IMG/VR virus record: IMGVR_UViG_642973577_000001 | Location: 1-64,000 of that record | DNA length: 64,000 nt | Strand: one strand, 5' to 3' | Source: a virus | Lineage: Duplodnaviria; Caudoviricetes | Shown: piece after piece, positions 46,101-54,749 of the stretch | How the letters are laid out: each line of letters starts with the position of its first letter | How positions within the stretch are numbered: position 1 is the first letter of the stretch | Position numbers and translations under genes: made by a program | The notes under the pieces: generated by a model | What the model was told of the DNA's origin: nothing | Database searches by the model: none | Seen by the model: the letters and a program-made list of their open reading frames with translations, nothing else

Positions 46101-46664
46101 TGGGAGCAGTCCAAGGACGTCGTGAAGGAGCACTACAGCGACGGCATCGAGGACGTGACCGAGGTGCCCGACGAGAGCTACCTGACCAAGGACCTGGAGC
46201 CGGAGCGCAAGAAGTGGGCTGAGGGTGCCGTGGGCATCCAGCGCGCCGGTAGCGGACCGCGCCGGTACGTGGAGCCGGAGGTCGTCAGCGTGCGTGGACC
46301 GCGTAAGCAGACGGTCGAGGCCGCGTTCGATCCCGCCGACGACTTCGACCCGCTGGCACCGCGCACCGCTGCGAGCTTCCTGGACGAGGAGCCAGGTGCT
46401 CCGATCGACATCGTGGCGCAGTTCCAGGCCGCGAACGCCGATCTGATGTCGGCCAACAGCGGACCGGCCAAGACCCAGTACGACGACTTCTCGGACTCGC
46501 CCGCCTTCAAGAAGGCCATGCAGCGGACCGCCGGTCGCCAGTACTCGCTGGCCGAGCAGGCTGCGCTGGTGGCCGAGGGCAAGAAGGGCGGCGCACGCAA
46601 CCTGGACCAGCTGGACCTGCGTGGCACCCACTACGAGGCCGAGCACAGCGTTGGCCTGTGGTAA
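43197..46664 (+). CDS. Large head-associated polyprotein with SWIM-like Zn finger
   Basis: HCGCEW...LCSH; repeated R/K/H-x-A motifs; two ANPAA amphipathic repeats. Confidence 0.75.
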   Translation: MQHVYTDDYGYGQVVESKVTRGRTEYRVAGPDFDVWMPATKVAFAPVDRSNSVDLPYDPAPQFGVGPLTESTIQPIHEIDADERTSPADSQTFENRSRDEGDERGEPGPNPDLFAKSAALGDYPRGAGGIEAGPDEAHAHWMDQNQGQAWEHESPYYQGGDGPSQDYMDHHGTEGWLPEDEDPLAAAMAHEDSGHDPGDHERMNADYWRGQDAELNRFGSYHEADVLNTDVERTPFEPDYMIVNDTDDDYLRDVDVQEDERETTGPEGIVHFAGRIMHANPAAALAVPLARGLATGLAGGAAERVMGGGSNDMAAPPQGGEEQGGAPGNPVTDLGNKAKEQLTKEDPLPLPDLGYGWGDMTGKMGSYRPAGLDERYADITASVDPMVAQFRNDPAAFIERVGHSQSEGLNPRIAQYGEMVEADEMLRTAAWADVRAKAKRLRAEGRVHVKDVDYDRIYATVQGDHGTYETMIKKGGAYGGNGGQSITHWHCGCEWGKWAFARRLTFVGRLCSHGYAAYQEMQSAHVKGKPRRQRKNPRNASVHEANPAALLAPLVMRALPSLAGGAIGEHLSDDEGGEGGGGMMGAISPASAILGSTHYAGEDETTQDWKVKGTGEAKSALEDIRDWAETPQEDDFGNMENRVEEIRDAVERAREQGVDADQLVASLRRQAAPGDDPFAPGSPLGGQPPAQDPTGGGLQNPAAPRPPGGSAAPGQIGPFPAPQSVADQQRAPETATPLGELLGAPPPSAPAPSTQAQSPTAGPGTGNSEGIQGPGIPGNPGAPAESVYKDWYGDPGADADTGTTDQSSGSTGGGGGGGGAATPGTGDSATPDVALDAASGGEASAPGSAEATTDAATNPATDEQQDTANTEGTGTGAPDPMSSDTGSSMGGFDMSQIGDTVSGISDAVSSGVGAATDIASSIGDMMSSFTASRQASLEADPEWIKLAYPDGAPDHKPFNGSGGTQKVDWEQSKDVVKEHYSDGIEDVTEVPDESYLTKDLEPERKKWAEGAVGIQRAGSGPRRYVEPEVVSVRGPRKQTVEAAFDPADDFDPLAPRTAASFLDEEPGAPIDIVAQFQAANADLMSANSGPAKTQYDDFSDSPAFKKAMQRTAGRQYSLAEQAALVAEGKKGGARNLDQLDLRGTHYEAEHSVGLW

Positions 46665-46690
46665 TCGCGACGACCGCCTAGAAGTAGAGA
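46654..46690 (+). promoter_or_regulatory. Putative late promoter
   Basis: GCCTG-N22-GAAGTAGAGA. Confidence 0.55.
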
Positions 46691-46699
46691 GGAGGTGTC

Positions 46700-49600
46700 G
46701 TGAGCACCACACGTGAGCTGGTGGTGGGTACGGAGAACGTCATCCGTACCCCGTCCAAGCAGGCGATCCGCAAGAAGATCGGCAAGAGCCACACCCTGCC
46801 TGGCTTCCAGATCAAGCCCGGTTACCTGTACACGGTGGTTCGCGCCATCTCCGCACGGGTCAACCAGAACTTCGACGGCTGGCCGTCAAACGAGCTGCGC
46901 GAGGCCGCGCATACGTTCGTCGGCAAGCCGGTGTTCGTCAACCACGAGAACTACGACCCGAATGAGGCGCGTGGTGTTGTGGTTGCTGCGCGCTACATCG
47001 AGAACGGGCGCGACAAGTACATCGAGGTCGTCCAGGAGATCGACGCCGTGAGCTTCCCCAAGCTCGCGCACGAGATCAAGACGGGTGGACTCGATAGCGT
47101 CTCCATGGGAGCAGAGGCCGGGTTTACCATCTGCTCCGCCTGCGGCAACAAGGCGCAGGACATGGAGGACATGTGCTACCACGTGCTCTTCAAGAAGGGC
47201 GAGACGGTCAACGTCCGCAACAAGAAGACCGGCAAGGTGGAGCAGAAGCTGGTCTACGAGAGCTGCCACAAGCTCTCGTTCTTCGAGCTGAGCTACGTCT
47301 TCGACCCCGCAGACGAGACGGCTGTGGCGTCCAAGGTCATCGTCGGCAAGCGGCAGCACCAGCACGTCGCGGGCCAGTGCGGTCCAGGTGACACCGACTG
47401 CGCTGCCACCTTCCCGGACCCACGCGGGCTGCCCGAGACGGCCTACCCGTCCGGTGGTGGAGGTGGAGCTGCAGCGGGCACGCCAGCGGTCGACACGAGC
47501 GCGATCGAGGGCCAGCCAGGCGGCGGCGGATCGCCCGGAGCCGACGGCATCATGGACAGCTCGCGAGGGCTGTACGACACGATCAAGCAGTACCACGACG
47601 GCGAGATCGGCGGGTACCGCGAGGACAGCTACGGCGAGCACGCCAACGGTGCGCTGGACGTCATGACGAGCGACCCGGCCACGGTCGAGCGCGTCAAGGC
47701 TGACGCCTTCGCCGCCGGTTCGCCGTACGTGCTCTGGAACCAGACGCAGTGGAACGCCGACGGCACCAGCAGCCCGATGGAGGACCGGGGAGACCCGACC
47801 CAGAACCACATGGACCACGTGCACACCGCGCCGATCGGCAACAAGGCCGCACGCAAGGCCTTCATCGCCAAGATCGCCGAGTACGTGCCGGAGAACAGCC
47901 AGAAGACCCAGCGCCCCGGCACCCTGCCGACCTACACCAAGGCGCATGCATTCTTCGACCAGCTGGGAGCACCGCACGACAAGGGCACCGCTGGCGTGCT
48001 CGACTACGGCGCTGGCCTGGGCCACAGCGGCAAGTGGGGACACACCTACGAGCCGCACCCGCAGACCGGTTTCGAGCCGACCTACACCAAGGCCGAGGAC
48101 GTGCCGGAGGGCGCATATCACCGGGTCACGAACCTGAACGTGCTGAACGTGGTGCCGCCGGAGATCCGCCACCAGATCGTGGACGGCATCGGTCGGTCGC
48201 TGGCACCTGGTGGCCACGCCATCATCACCACCCGTGGCCTCAAGGAGGTCCAGCAGGCCAAGAACGCGGTGCCTGCCGACAACGGCGACTTCGGCGCGGT
48301 ACGGGTTCGCCCCGACACCCCGCACGAGACCTACCAGAAGGGCTTCACGCCCAAGGAGCTGCACCAGTACGTGTCCGAGCGGCTGGGACCGGAGTACACG
48401 GTCAAGCCCCTCAAGCTCGGACCAGCGGGCGTTCACGTCGTCCGCAACGGAGGAGACCAGCTGATGACAGCTTTCAAGCAGGAAGTGCGTGCGCACATCA
48501 TGAAGAAGGCCTGGGGCGAGATCGAGGCTCCGCAGGCCGTCGACACCCTGCGCGAAGAGGGGTCCGCGCCGGAGGACGACAACGACGACTTCCACCACTA
48601 CGTCGACAGCCCGCAGGAGCTGTCGATGCCCGACCTGTCTCAGGCCAACCAGCTCGACCGCGAGCAGGCCGCAGGCGAGGCCCAGGCCGGTCCGATGAAC
48701 CCGGAGGCCATGGGCAACCCCAACGGCGGCGGCATCCCCGGCCCTGCCGAGGGTGGACCGCCTCCGGGCGCACAGCCACCGGGTGGTGGCCAGCAGTACA
48801 TGACGCTCCAGATCCCGATCCCCGGATCGGGAGCTGCCCCTGGCGGCACTCCGCCTCCGGCTGTTCCGATGCAGTCGTTCGCGGGCAAGGGTGCCGTCTC
48901 GGGCCGCACGTTGGCTTGGATGGAGCGTTACTTCGGCCACAGGGTCGCCAACTGGCAGGACGCAATCGTCGCTGGCAGGGACCTCACGCCGGAGGAGAAG
49001 GCTGACTTCAACCGGGAGGCAGCCCTGTGGACCCTGGAAAACCGGGTCGCAGAATCTGGAAGCAGTAGGAACACCACGAGAGGAACCGCCAACATGGCAC
49101 GCAGCACCTTGGCATCGCGCCGGAAGACGGCGGGCACCCGGCACTTCGCCGAGGGTCCGCTCGTGGACACGGGCGACCAGTCGCGCAACGACCAGGGCGA
49201 GCAGGAAGAGGCGTTCATCACCGAGACGCCGCCCGAGGTCTCCGACACCCTGCCCGACGACGACACGTCGAACATCTCGAACACCGAGGGCAACCTGGTG
49301 GCCGACGCCGAGTACGCCCGCAGCCTGACCTCCAAGCTCGCGCAGCAGCGCGCCGCCCTGGAGGCCACCGCTCGCGAGTACGCCCGCGTGGCCGGTCGCA
49401 AGTTCACCGCCGACGAGTACGCGGGTGGCCCGGTGGCCACCGAGGTCGATCCGACCGTGCAGACCGAGGCTGGCGAGAAGCTGACCGGAGACGACTTCGA
49501 CAGCGCCGCCACCCCGGAGCCGGGTATCGACACCAGCCCCGCCGGTCCGGGCACGACCACCCTGCCGATCGAGTCGAGCCTCAAGGCGTTCCAGACCTTC

Positions 49601-50335
49601 GACCGCTGGCTGACCGCTTCGACGGGCAAGTCGAGCCGCGAGCACAGCGAGAAGAACATCAAGCGCGCCGCGCAGCAGTTCGCCGCCTACAACAAGATCA
49701 AGGTGGCAGCTCTGTATCCGGCACTGGGAATCGTGCTTCGACAGGCCCGAAAGGTTGAGGCCGAGAAGAAGGGACAGCCCGTGCGCAAGAAGGCAGTGGA
49801 TCTTGAGACCGCCGCACCGGACGAGCGCGTCTCCGTTCCGGCACCGGTCTCCAACACCACCGACGCCGAGGCTCAGGCGAGCCAGTACGACGAGGAGGGC
49901 TTCGGTAACAACGCCGGAGACGACATCTCGGAGTACGACGGCTCGACCGGTCAGAACTTCGCTCCGGGTCAGGCACCCAACAAGAGCGCCAAGAAGGCCG
50001 ACGGCATTCTGGCCATCCGCTGCGCGGAGGCCATGATCGCCGCCGGTCTCGAACCGAACACCCGCGAGCGGAAGTACCAGCTCGCTGCGCAGTTCGAGAA
50101 GATGTCACGCGGTCTGATCATGGACCGCACCGCGCTCGCTGAGCGGTTCGCCATGGTGCGCCAGGCGGACAACCAGCGGTACGCGCAGAAGGTCGCCAGC
50201 GGAAGGACTCGCGGGACCGCATCGCCAGTACCACCAGGCATGGGCCACGGCGGAGGCGGAAACACCGCGCCTCGCACGGCCTCGCGTCGGGTGGCGGCAA
50301 ACGATCCCGTCAACGACAGCCTGATGTTCGGCTAA
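46700..50335 (+). CDS. Prohead protease polyprotein (protease, putative peptidase, SAM-MTase-like domain, scaffold)
   Basis: VFVNH, SVSMG, FFELSYVFDPAD; EHANGALD...NHMDHVH; VLDYGAGLG...NVLNV...YQKGF. Confidence 0.75.
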   Translation: MSTTRELVVGTENVIRTPSKQAIRKKIGKSHTLPGFQIKPGYLYTVVRAISARVNQNFDGWPSNELREAAHTFVGKPVFVNHENYDPNEARGVVVAARYIENGRDKYIEVVQEIDAVSFPKLAHEIKTGGLDSVSMGAEAGFTICSACGNKAQDMEDMCYHVLFKKGETVNVRNKKTGKVEQKLVYESCHKLSFFELSYVFDPADETAVASKVIVGKRQHQHVAGQCGPGDTDCAATFPDPRGLPETAYPSGGGGGAAAGTPAVDTSAIEGQPGGGGSPGADGIMDSSRGLYDTIKQYHDGEIGGYREDSYGEHANGALDVMTSDPATVERVKADAFAAGSPYVLWNQTQWNADGTSSPMEDRGDPTQNHMDHVHTAPIGNKAARKAFIAKIAEYVPENSQKTQRPGTLPTYTKAHAFFDQLGAPHDKGTAGVLDYGAGLGHSGKWGHTYEPHPQTGFEPTYTKAEDVPEGAYHRVTNLNVLNVVPPEIRHQIVDGIGRSLAPGGHAIITTRGLKEVQQAKNAVPADNGDFGAVRVRPDTPHETYQKGFTPKELHQYVSERLGPEYTVKPLKLGPAGVHVVRNGGDQLMTAFKQEVRAHIMKKAWGEIEAPQAVDTLREEGSAPEDDNDDFHHYVDSPQELSMPDLSQANQLDREQAAGEAQAGPMNPEAMGNPNGGGIPGPAEGGPPPGAQPPGGGQQYMTLQIPIPGSGAAPGGTPPPAVPMQSFAGKGAVSGRTLAWMERYFGHRVANWQDAIVAGRDLTPEEKADFNREAALWTLENRVAESGSSRNTTRGTANMARSTLASRRKTAGTRHFAEGPLVDTGDQSRNDQGEQEEAFITETPPEVSDTLPDDDTSNISNTEGNLVADAEYARSLTSKLAQQRAALEATAREYARVAGRKFTADEYAGGPVATEVDPTVQTEAGEKLTGDDFDSAATPEPGIDTSPAGPGTTTLPIESSLKAFQTFDRWLTASTGKSSREHSEKNIKRAAQQFAAYNKIKVAALYPALGIVLRQARKVEAEKKGQPVRKKAVDLETAAPDERVSVPAPVSNTTDAEAQASQYDEEGFGNNAGDDISEYDGSTGQNFAPGQAPNKSAKKADGILAIRCAEAMIAAGLEPNTRERKYQLAAQFEKMSRGLIMDRTALAERFAMVRQADNQRYAQKVASGRTRGTASPVPPGMGHGGGGNTAPRTASRRVAANDPVNDSLMFG
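49032..49068 (+). promoter_or_regulatory. Internal putative late promoter
   Basis: CCCTG-N22-GAAGCAGTAG followed by GAGAGGA RBS. Confidence 0.6.
49094..50335 (+). CDS. Nested in-frame scaffolding protein
   Basis: Internal promoter motif, RBS and in-frame ATG (MARSTL). Confidence 0.6.
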   Translation: MARSTLASRRKTAGTRHFAEGPLVDTGDQSRNDQGEQEEAFITETPPEVSDTLPDDDTSNISNTEGNLVADAEYARSLTSKLAQQRAALEATAREYARVAGRKFTADEYAGGPVATEVDPTVQTEAGEKLTGDDFDSAATPEPGIDTSPAGPGTTTLPIESSLKAFQTFDRWLTASTGKSSREHSEKNIKRAAQQFAAYNKIKVAALYPALGIVLRQARKVEAEKKGQPVRKKAVDLETAAPDERVSVPAPVSNTTDAEAQASQYDEEGFGNNAGDDISEYDGSTGQNFAPGQAPNKSAKKADGILAIRCAEAMIAAGLEPNTRERKYQLAAQFEKMSRGLIMDRTALAERFAMVRQADNQRYAQKVASGRTRGTASPVPPGMGHGGGGNTAPRTASRRVAANDPVNDSLMFG

Positions 50336-50375
50336 GCCGCAGGCAGTCACCGAGTTCTACGAAAGGAGTTGAATC

Positions 50376-50921
50376 GTGTTCAGGCCACCTCTTGCGAACC
50401 CAGCGCAGAAGCGGACCCTGCGTCCGCTCTACGCGAACCACCAGGCCACCCCCTGGGGCGGGTTCCTGGACCCCGACCTGGATGTCGACTTCGACATCTA
50501 CCCCGGCACCGTGATGCAGCGTGTGTACGGAGAAGTGTTCGCGCCCTACACGGGTGAAGCGGGCACCAGCCCAGTCGGCCTGTCGGCCCTGTTCGTCAAC
50601 ACCGGCGGATACCAGGGTCACCAGGTCAACGAGGTCACCGGCAGCGGCACCGGACTGTTCACCATCTGGATCGGTGGACCGGACGCCATGTTCGAGATCC
50701 TCGCTCCGGCGTTCGACACCGAGGCCGACTGGCCGGAGGTCACCGGACCGGGCAAGTACATGCTGACGGCCAACGCCCAGGGTCAGCTGACCCCGGAGGG
50801 CGTGAACCCCGGCAACGCCATCGCCACGCTGATCGACATCCCGTCCACGGACAAGATCATCATCAGCCTGGACCGCTACGACATCGCCGCTTCGGGCGGC
50901 GGGCTGGCAGGAGGCAGCTAA
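50376..50921 (+). CDS. Putative capsid decoration/cement protein
   Basis: Between scaffold and MCP; AAAGGAG RBS. Confidence 0.65.
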   Translation: MFRPPLANPAQKRTLRPLYANHQATPWGGFLDPDLDVDFDIYPGTVMQRVYGEVFAPYTGEAGTSPVGLSALFVNTGGYQGHQVNEVTGSGTGLFTIWIGGPDAMFEILAPAFDTEADWPEVTGPGKYMLTANAQGQLTPEGVNPGNAIATLIDIPSTDKIIISLDRYDIAASGGGLAGGS

Positions 50922-50924
50922 CCC

Positions 50925-51932
50925 ATGACTCTCCCAACAGCAGTCGGTAGCGGCCTGGGCCGCTTCGCAAAGTCGTCGGACGATTACGTCGCCGACATCG
51001 TGCAGGCCAAGCGCCGCCTCGGCGGTCGCAAGCTGAGCACCCCGGAGAAGCAGACCAAGCTCGCTCACATCCTGAGCGACAAGGTGGGCGGCATCCAGCG
51101 CCTGGGCCAGAGCATGATCGGCCCGATCCAGCTGCAGCTGCGCTACCAGGGCATTCTCCGCAACGTCCTCCTGGAGGACACGCTGACGCCGGGTATCCCG
51201 ATCGAGTACGACGTGCTCGACGACCTCGGCCAGGCGTACATGCTGCACGGCAACGAGGGTGAAGTGAAGATCACCCCGTTCGAGGGCAAGCGTGTGCCGG
51301 TGCAGCTGTTCCGCATCGCGTCGTTCCCGCAGATCAAGAAGGAAGACCTGTACTACCTCCGCAGCAACATCGTGGAGTACACGCAGGACATGACCAAGCA
51401 GGCCATCATGCGCCAGGAGGACTCGCGCCTCGTGACGCTGCTGGAGGCTGCAGCGGTCAGCTACCGTGTCGTGGACAGCTCGGCTGTGCCGGGTCCCGGC
51501 GGCGGCGCTCTTCCGAACGAGATCACGATCGCGGGCACGCACCTCATGCCCGACGATCTGTACACCGCCGTCACCTACACCGACCAGCGTCAGCTGGACT
51601 CGTCGCGCCTGCTGGCCAACCCGCAGGAATACCGCGACCTGTACCGGTGGGACATCAACACCACCGGTTGGGCCTTCAAGGACTCGGTGGTCGCTGGTGA
51701 GCGGATCGTGCAGTTCGGCGAGTTCCAGATCGGCAAGTCGATCATCATCCCGCGTGGCACTGTCTACCTGACCCCGGAGCCGCAGTTCCTCGGCGTGTTC
51801 CCGGTCATGTACTCCCTCGACGTCGAGGAGAACAACATGGTGGAGCAGTTCCACAAGGGCTGGGTCATGGACGAGCTGGTCGGCATGGCCATCCTCAACC
51901 CGCGTGGTATCGTGATCCTGCGCAAGGCCTAG
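50925..51932 (+). CDS. Major capsid protein
   Basis: 335 aa, position, C-terminal GMAILNPRGIV, terminator downstream. Confidence 0.85.
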   Translation: MTLPTAVGSGLGRFAKSSDDYVADIVQAKRRLGGRKLSTPEKQTKLAHILSDKVGGIQRLGQSMIGPIQLQLRYQGILRNVLLEDTLTPGIPIEYDVLDDLGQAYMLHGNEGEVKITPFEGKRVPVQLFRIASFPQIKKEDLYYLRSNIVEYTQDMTKQAIMRQEDSRLVTLLEAAAVSYRVVDSSAVPGPGGGALPNEITIAGTHLMPDDLYTAVTYTDQRQLDSSRLLANPQEYRDLYRWDINTTGWAFKDSVVAGERIVQFGEFQIGKSIIIPRGTVYLTPEPQFLGVFPVMYSLDVEENNMVEQFHKGWVMDELVGMAILNPRGIVILRKA

Positions 51933-51962
51933 TGCCTGCGTCGGCTTACCTGCCAAGCTACG

Positions 51963-52000
51963 AGAAGCCCCCTCTGGTGATCCCGGAGGGGGTTTCTTGT
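51963..52000 (+). terminator. Intrinsic terminator
   Basis: GAAGCCCCCTCTGG...CCGGAGGGGGTTTC plus T-rich tail. Confidence 0.8.
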
Positions 52001-52034
52001 TGCGGTGTGAGTTCTAGCCTGCTAGAATAGAATC
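52000..52034 (+). promoter_or_regulatory. SigA-type TTCTAG promoter, leaderless
   Basis: TTGCGG-N17-TAGAAT-N6-ATG. Confidence 0.85.
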
Positions 52035-52283
52035 ATGACCACGAAGACCGATTCCCAGATCCGCCAGGCCATTGCCGAAGGCCGCATCGTCCCCGCCCAG
52101 GCCCGCGTCATCCGCGCTCTGATCGAGACCGTCCCCGTCGCCAACTTCGACACCGCCGTCCTGGCGGGCTGCTGGCTGCACACCGACAACATCTCGCCCC
52201 ACCAGATCCGCACCAACTACCGCGCTGGTGGCCTGACCTACGATTACGTCAACGAGGTCATCGACAAGGCCACGGCCTCATGA
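52035..52283 (+). CDS. Hypothetical protein
   Basis: Leaderless start. Confidence 0.75.
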   Translation: MTTKTDSQIRQAIAEGRIVPAQARVIRALIETVPVANFDTAVLAGCWLHTDNISPHQIRTNYRAGGLTYDYVNEVIDKATAS

Positions 52284-52441
52284 TCACCTACGAGTACAAC
52301 GGCGTCGAGTTCACCCGCGACGAGCTGGAGACGGCCATCACCGACGAGGCCAACACGCTCGACGGGTTCGACGAGGAGTCGTTCGACTTCGGCGATTGGC
52401 TCTCCGACGCGATCGGTACCGGCCACGTCACCGTCCTGTAG
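52280..52441 (+). CDS. Small highly acidic protein
   Basis: ATGA overlap; D/E-rich 53 aa; not in the ORF track. Confidence 0.65.
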   Translation: MITYEYNGVEFTRDELETAITDEANTLDGFDEESFDFGDWLSDAIGTGHVTVL

Positions 52442-52486
52442 TAGGCCAGGTGGGGACCCTAAATGAGTAGAGGAGGGTCCCCACCT
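52434..52486 (+). promoter_or_regulatory. Putative late promoter within an RBS-sequestering hairpin
   Basis: TCCTG-N22-AAATGAGTAG; 13-bp inverted repeat 52448-52460/52474-52486. Confidence 0.65.
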
Positions 52487-54373
52487 ATGCGCATTACTTC
52501 CGCCCGCGAGCAGCACTCGATGTACTCGCCATGGCGCACGGCCTACGACATCCAGTCGCCCGCTCCCGGCGCGCCGGTCCAGACCAAGCGCGGGCCGTCC
52601 GCACCGTCGCTGGACCCGACCAACGACCCGATGGGCAACCTGAACAAGCGCCCGTACGACTACGGGACGATGGTCGACAACCTGGTCAGCCACTACCACG
52701 GCTCCACCGACGACGAGAAGAAGTCGGGTCGGCTTTGGTACAAGGCCGCGCACGACCTGTTCCACACCTTCGCGAAGAAGAACGACATCAGCCCCGAGCG
52801 GGCCGTGGCCTACGGTGCCGCGTTCAGCCCGCTGACCGACTGGGGCGACAACGTGCACCACGCCCAGAAGTTCATGCTGGGCTACACCCCGGACAAGCCT
52901 GGCTTCAACAAGCACGACTGGCAGCAGGCCCACATCCACCCCGAGGCCCTGGACGCCTTCCAGCAGCAGCACGGTCGGATGCCGACCGAGAGCGACGAGG
53001 ACCTGCACGCGCTGGCCGACATGCACCAGGGCAAGTGGATGGGCAGCCAGGCGGCTCAGGCCAAGGGGCAGCTGGGCAAGCACGACATCGCCAACAACCC
53101 CGAGGCCCGACAGGAATGGATGGAGAACATCCAGCACAAGGGCATGGAAGCCACGCTGGCCGACCACGTGCAGCAGCGGACCGCGCACGAGAAGTCGGCG
53201 AAGGGGCGCAAGGGCGAGCCGTTCAACCCCGCGTTCGGCATGCGCGCCTCCGGCATCAACACCCTGGGTGGCAACATCCAGAAGGCCAAGGACCTCTACC
53301 ACTCGCCCGACGACATCGCGCACATGTTCAAGGTGCTCGGCGGTCCGAAGATCAGCCACTTCACCGACAACATCCTCGACGACACCCCGATCGACGAAGA
53401 GGGGTACTACCAGCACCCCAACGGCGACTGGACCCAGAACAAGGACCTCGGCGGCACGATCGACAGCCACCACATGCGCGCCGCTGGCATGGCGCACGGC
53501 CAGTGGGAGCGTAAGCCCTACGCCGTGAGCAACCCGAGCACAGACCACGAGTACGACGTGTACAACCGTGGCCTGTACGAGGCCACCAAGCGCATCAACG
53601 ACGGCCAGGCCGACCCGACCAAGCACATCACCCCGAAGCAGCTCCAGGCCATCGTGTGGCTCAAGCACAAGAACGACAAGGACTACTTCGAGCGGCAGCG
53701 CAACCCGGAGACGGGCCAGAAGATCACCCACGAGTCCGAGCTGGGTGGAGCGGGCCGTCCTGAGGACTGGCAGTTCGCCGAGAAGAGCTACAAGTCCAAG
53801 GGCAAGGGTCTCGGCAAGGGACCAGGCCGCGCCGCTGCTCTGGAGGAGCAGGATCTGTTCTCGATGCCGCCTCTGTGGCGTCAGGTGTTCCTGCACCACC
53901 AGCCACAGGAGTGGACCGATCTGCTGGACGCCTGGGTGGAGCACCACGCACCCGGACCGGGCCAGCCCGACGGCAACGCAGGAGATCCACGCACGCAGGA
54001 CCCACACGCCCTCCAGGGCCAGGACCCGCATCTGGCCCGTGTCGCCCGCGCCCACATGGCCGCATACGACGACTTCGACTCGATCATGCAGGGGCAGAGC
54101 TTCCCGCACCAGGTGGAGGAAGGCCCGCACGACAGCCCGTGGAAGGGCCAGGCAGCCGACGAGCTGGCTGGTACCTGCGCGTACTGCCACAGCGGCCCTG
54201 GCGAGCTGTGCGACCCGCACTGCCCGACCAACCACAGCGACAGCCCGCGTGACTGGGCCATGGACGCCAAGGCCCTGGGCGGCGCGCCGTACAAGGCTGT
54301 CGACGACACCATGCACCGGCTCAACAGCGTTCGCTCGCTGTTGGCGTCGGTCGACGAGATGCTGGAGGGCTAG
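52487..54373 (+). CDS. Putative virion-packaged protein with HhH-glycosylase-like (DUF7178-like) domain
   Basis: WY...AAFSP..W..N, GPKI..F..NI, TIDxH, QAIVW; short leader ending PWRTA. Confidence 0.6.
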   Translation: MRITSAREQHSMYSPWRTAYDIQSPAPGAPVQTKRGPSAPSLDPTNDPMGNLNKRPYDYGTMVDNLVSHYHGSTDDEKKSGRLWYKAAHDLFHTFAKKNDISPERAVAYGAAFSPLTDWGDNVHHAQKFMLGYTPDKPGFNKHDWQQAHIHPEALDAFQQQHGRMPTESDEDLHALADMHQGKWMGSQAAQAKGQLGKHDIANNPEARQEWMENIQHKGMEATLADHVQQRTAHEKSAKGRKGEPFNPAFGMRASGINTLGGNIQKAKDLYHSPDDIAHMFKVLGGPKISHFTDNILDDTPIDEEGYYQHPNGDWTQNKDLGGTIDSHHMRAAGMAHGQWERKPYAVSNPSTDHEYDVYNRGLYEATKRINDGQADPTKHITPKQLQAIVWLKHKNDKDYFERQRNPETGQKITHESELGGAGRPEDWQFAEKSYKSKGKGLGKGPGRAAALEEQDLFSMPPLWRQVFLHHQPQEWTDLLDAWVEHHAPGPGQPDGNAGDPRTQDPHALQGQDPHLARVARAHMAAYDDFDSIMQGQSFPHQVEEGPHDSPWKGQAADELAGTCAYCHSGPGELCDPHCPTNHSDSPRDWAMDAKALGGAPYKAVDDTMHRLNSVRSLLASVDEMLEG

Positions 54374-54375
54374 AC

Positions 54376-54546
54376 ATGGCCGGATGGAAGGACCCCGTGA
54401 GGGAGCCGCTGGCGAACTACATCCCGAACAGGCCAGACCTGCCGGGACCGCCAGGCAACCCGCCAACCTACGACACACCGCCCCCGCCACCGGTCATCCC
54501 TGGTGACCCGGACTTCGTGGTGGCAGAGGACGACGAGACGCCGTGA
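54376..54546 (+). CDS. Small Pro-rich protein
   Basis: GGAGG RBS; NRPDLPGPP; not in the ORF track. Confidence 0.6.
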   Translation: MAGWKDPVREPLANYIPNRPDLPGPPGNPPTYDTPPPPPVIPGDPDFVVAEDDETP

Positions 54547-54749
54547 GGCGCGCTCGGACGGTCGTCGCATGGGTACTCCTGATTGGATCGACAATCGCGT
54601 GGCCCGTGTCGATGATGACGGTGGCCAAGGACGAACCGCCGTTCGTCCTGTCGCTGTCGTTCCTGGCCATCATCTTGGAGGCGGCATCGCTGCTGACCTC
54701 CAGCCAAGTACACGAGGAGCAAGCTAATGGCACTGGTAGTTCCGAATAG
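54543..54749 (+). CDS. Two-TM membrane protein
   Basis: Two hydrophobic segments. Confidence 0.65.
   Translation: MRRARTVVAWVLLIGSTIAWPVSMMTVAKDEPPFVLSLSFLAIILEAASLLTSSQVHEEQANGTGSSE

Noticed and set aside
50925-51980. Amber read-through or TAG recoding of late genes
   Set aside because: The frame after the MCP TAG is short and runs into a terminator; no gene appears broken by an in-frame TAG
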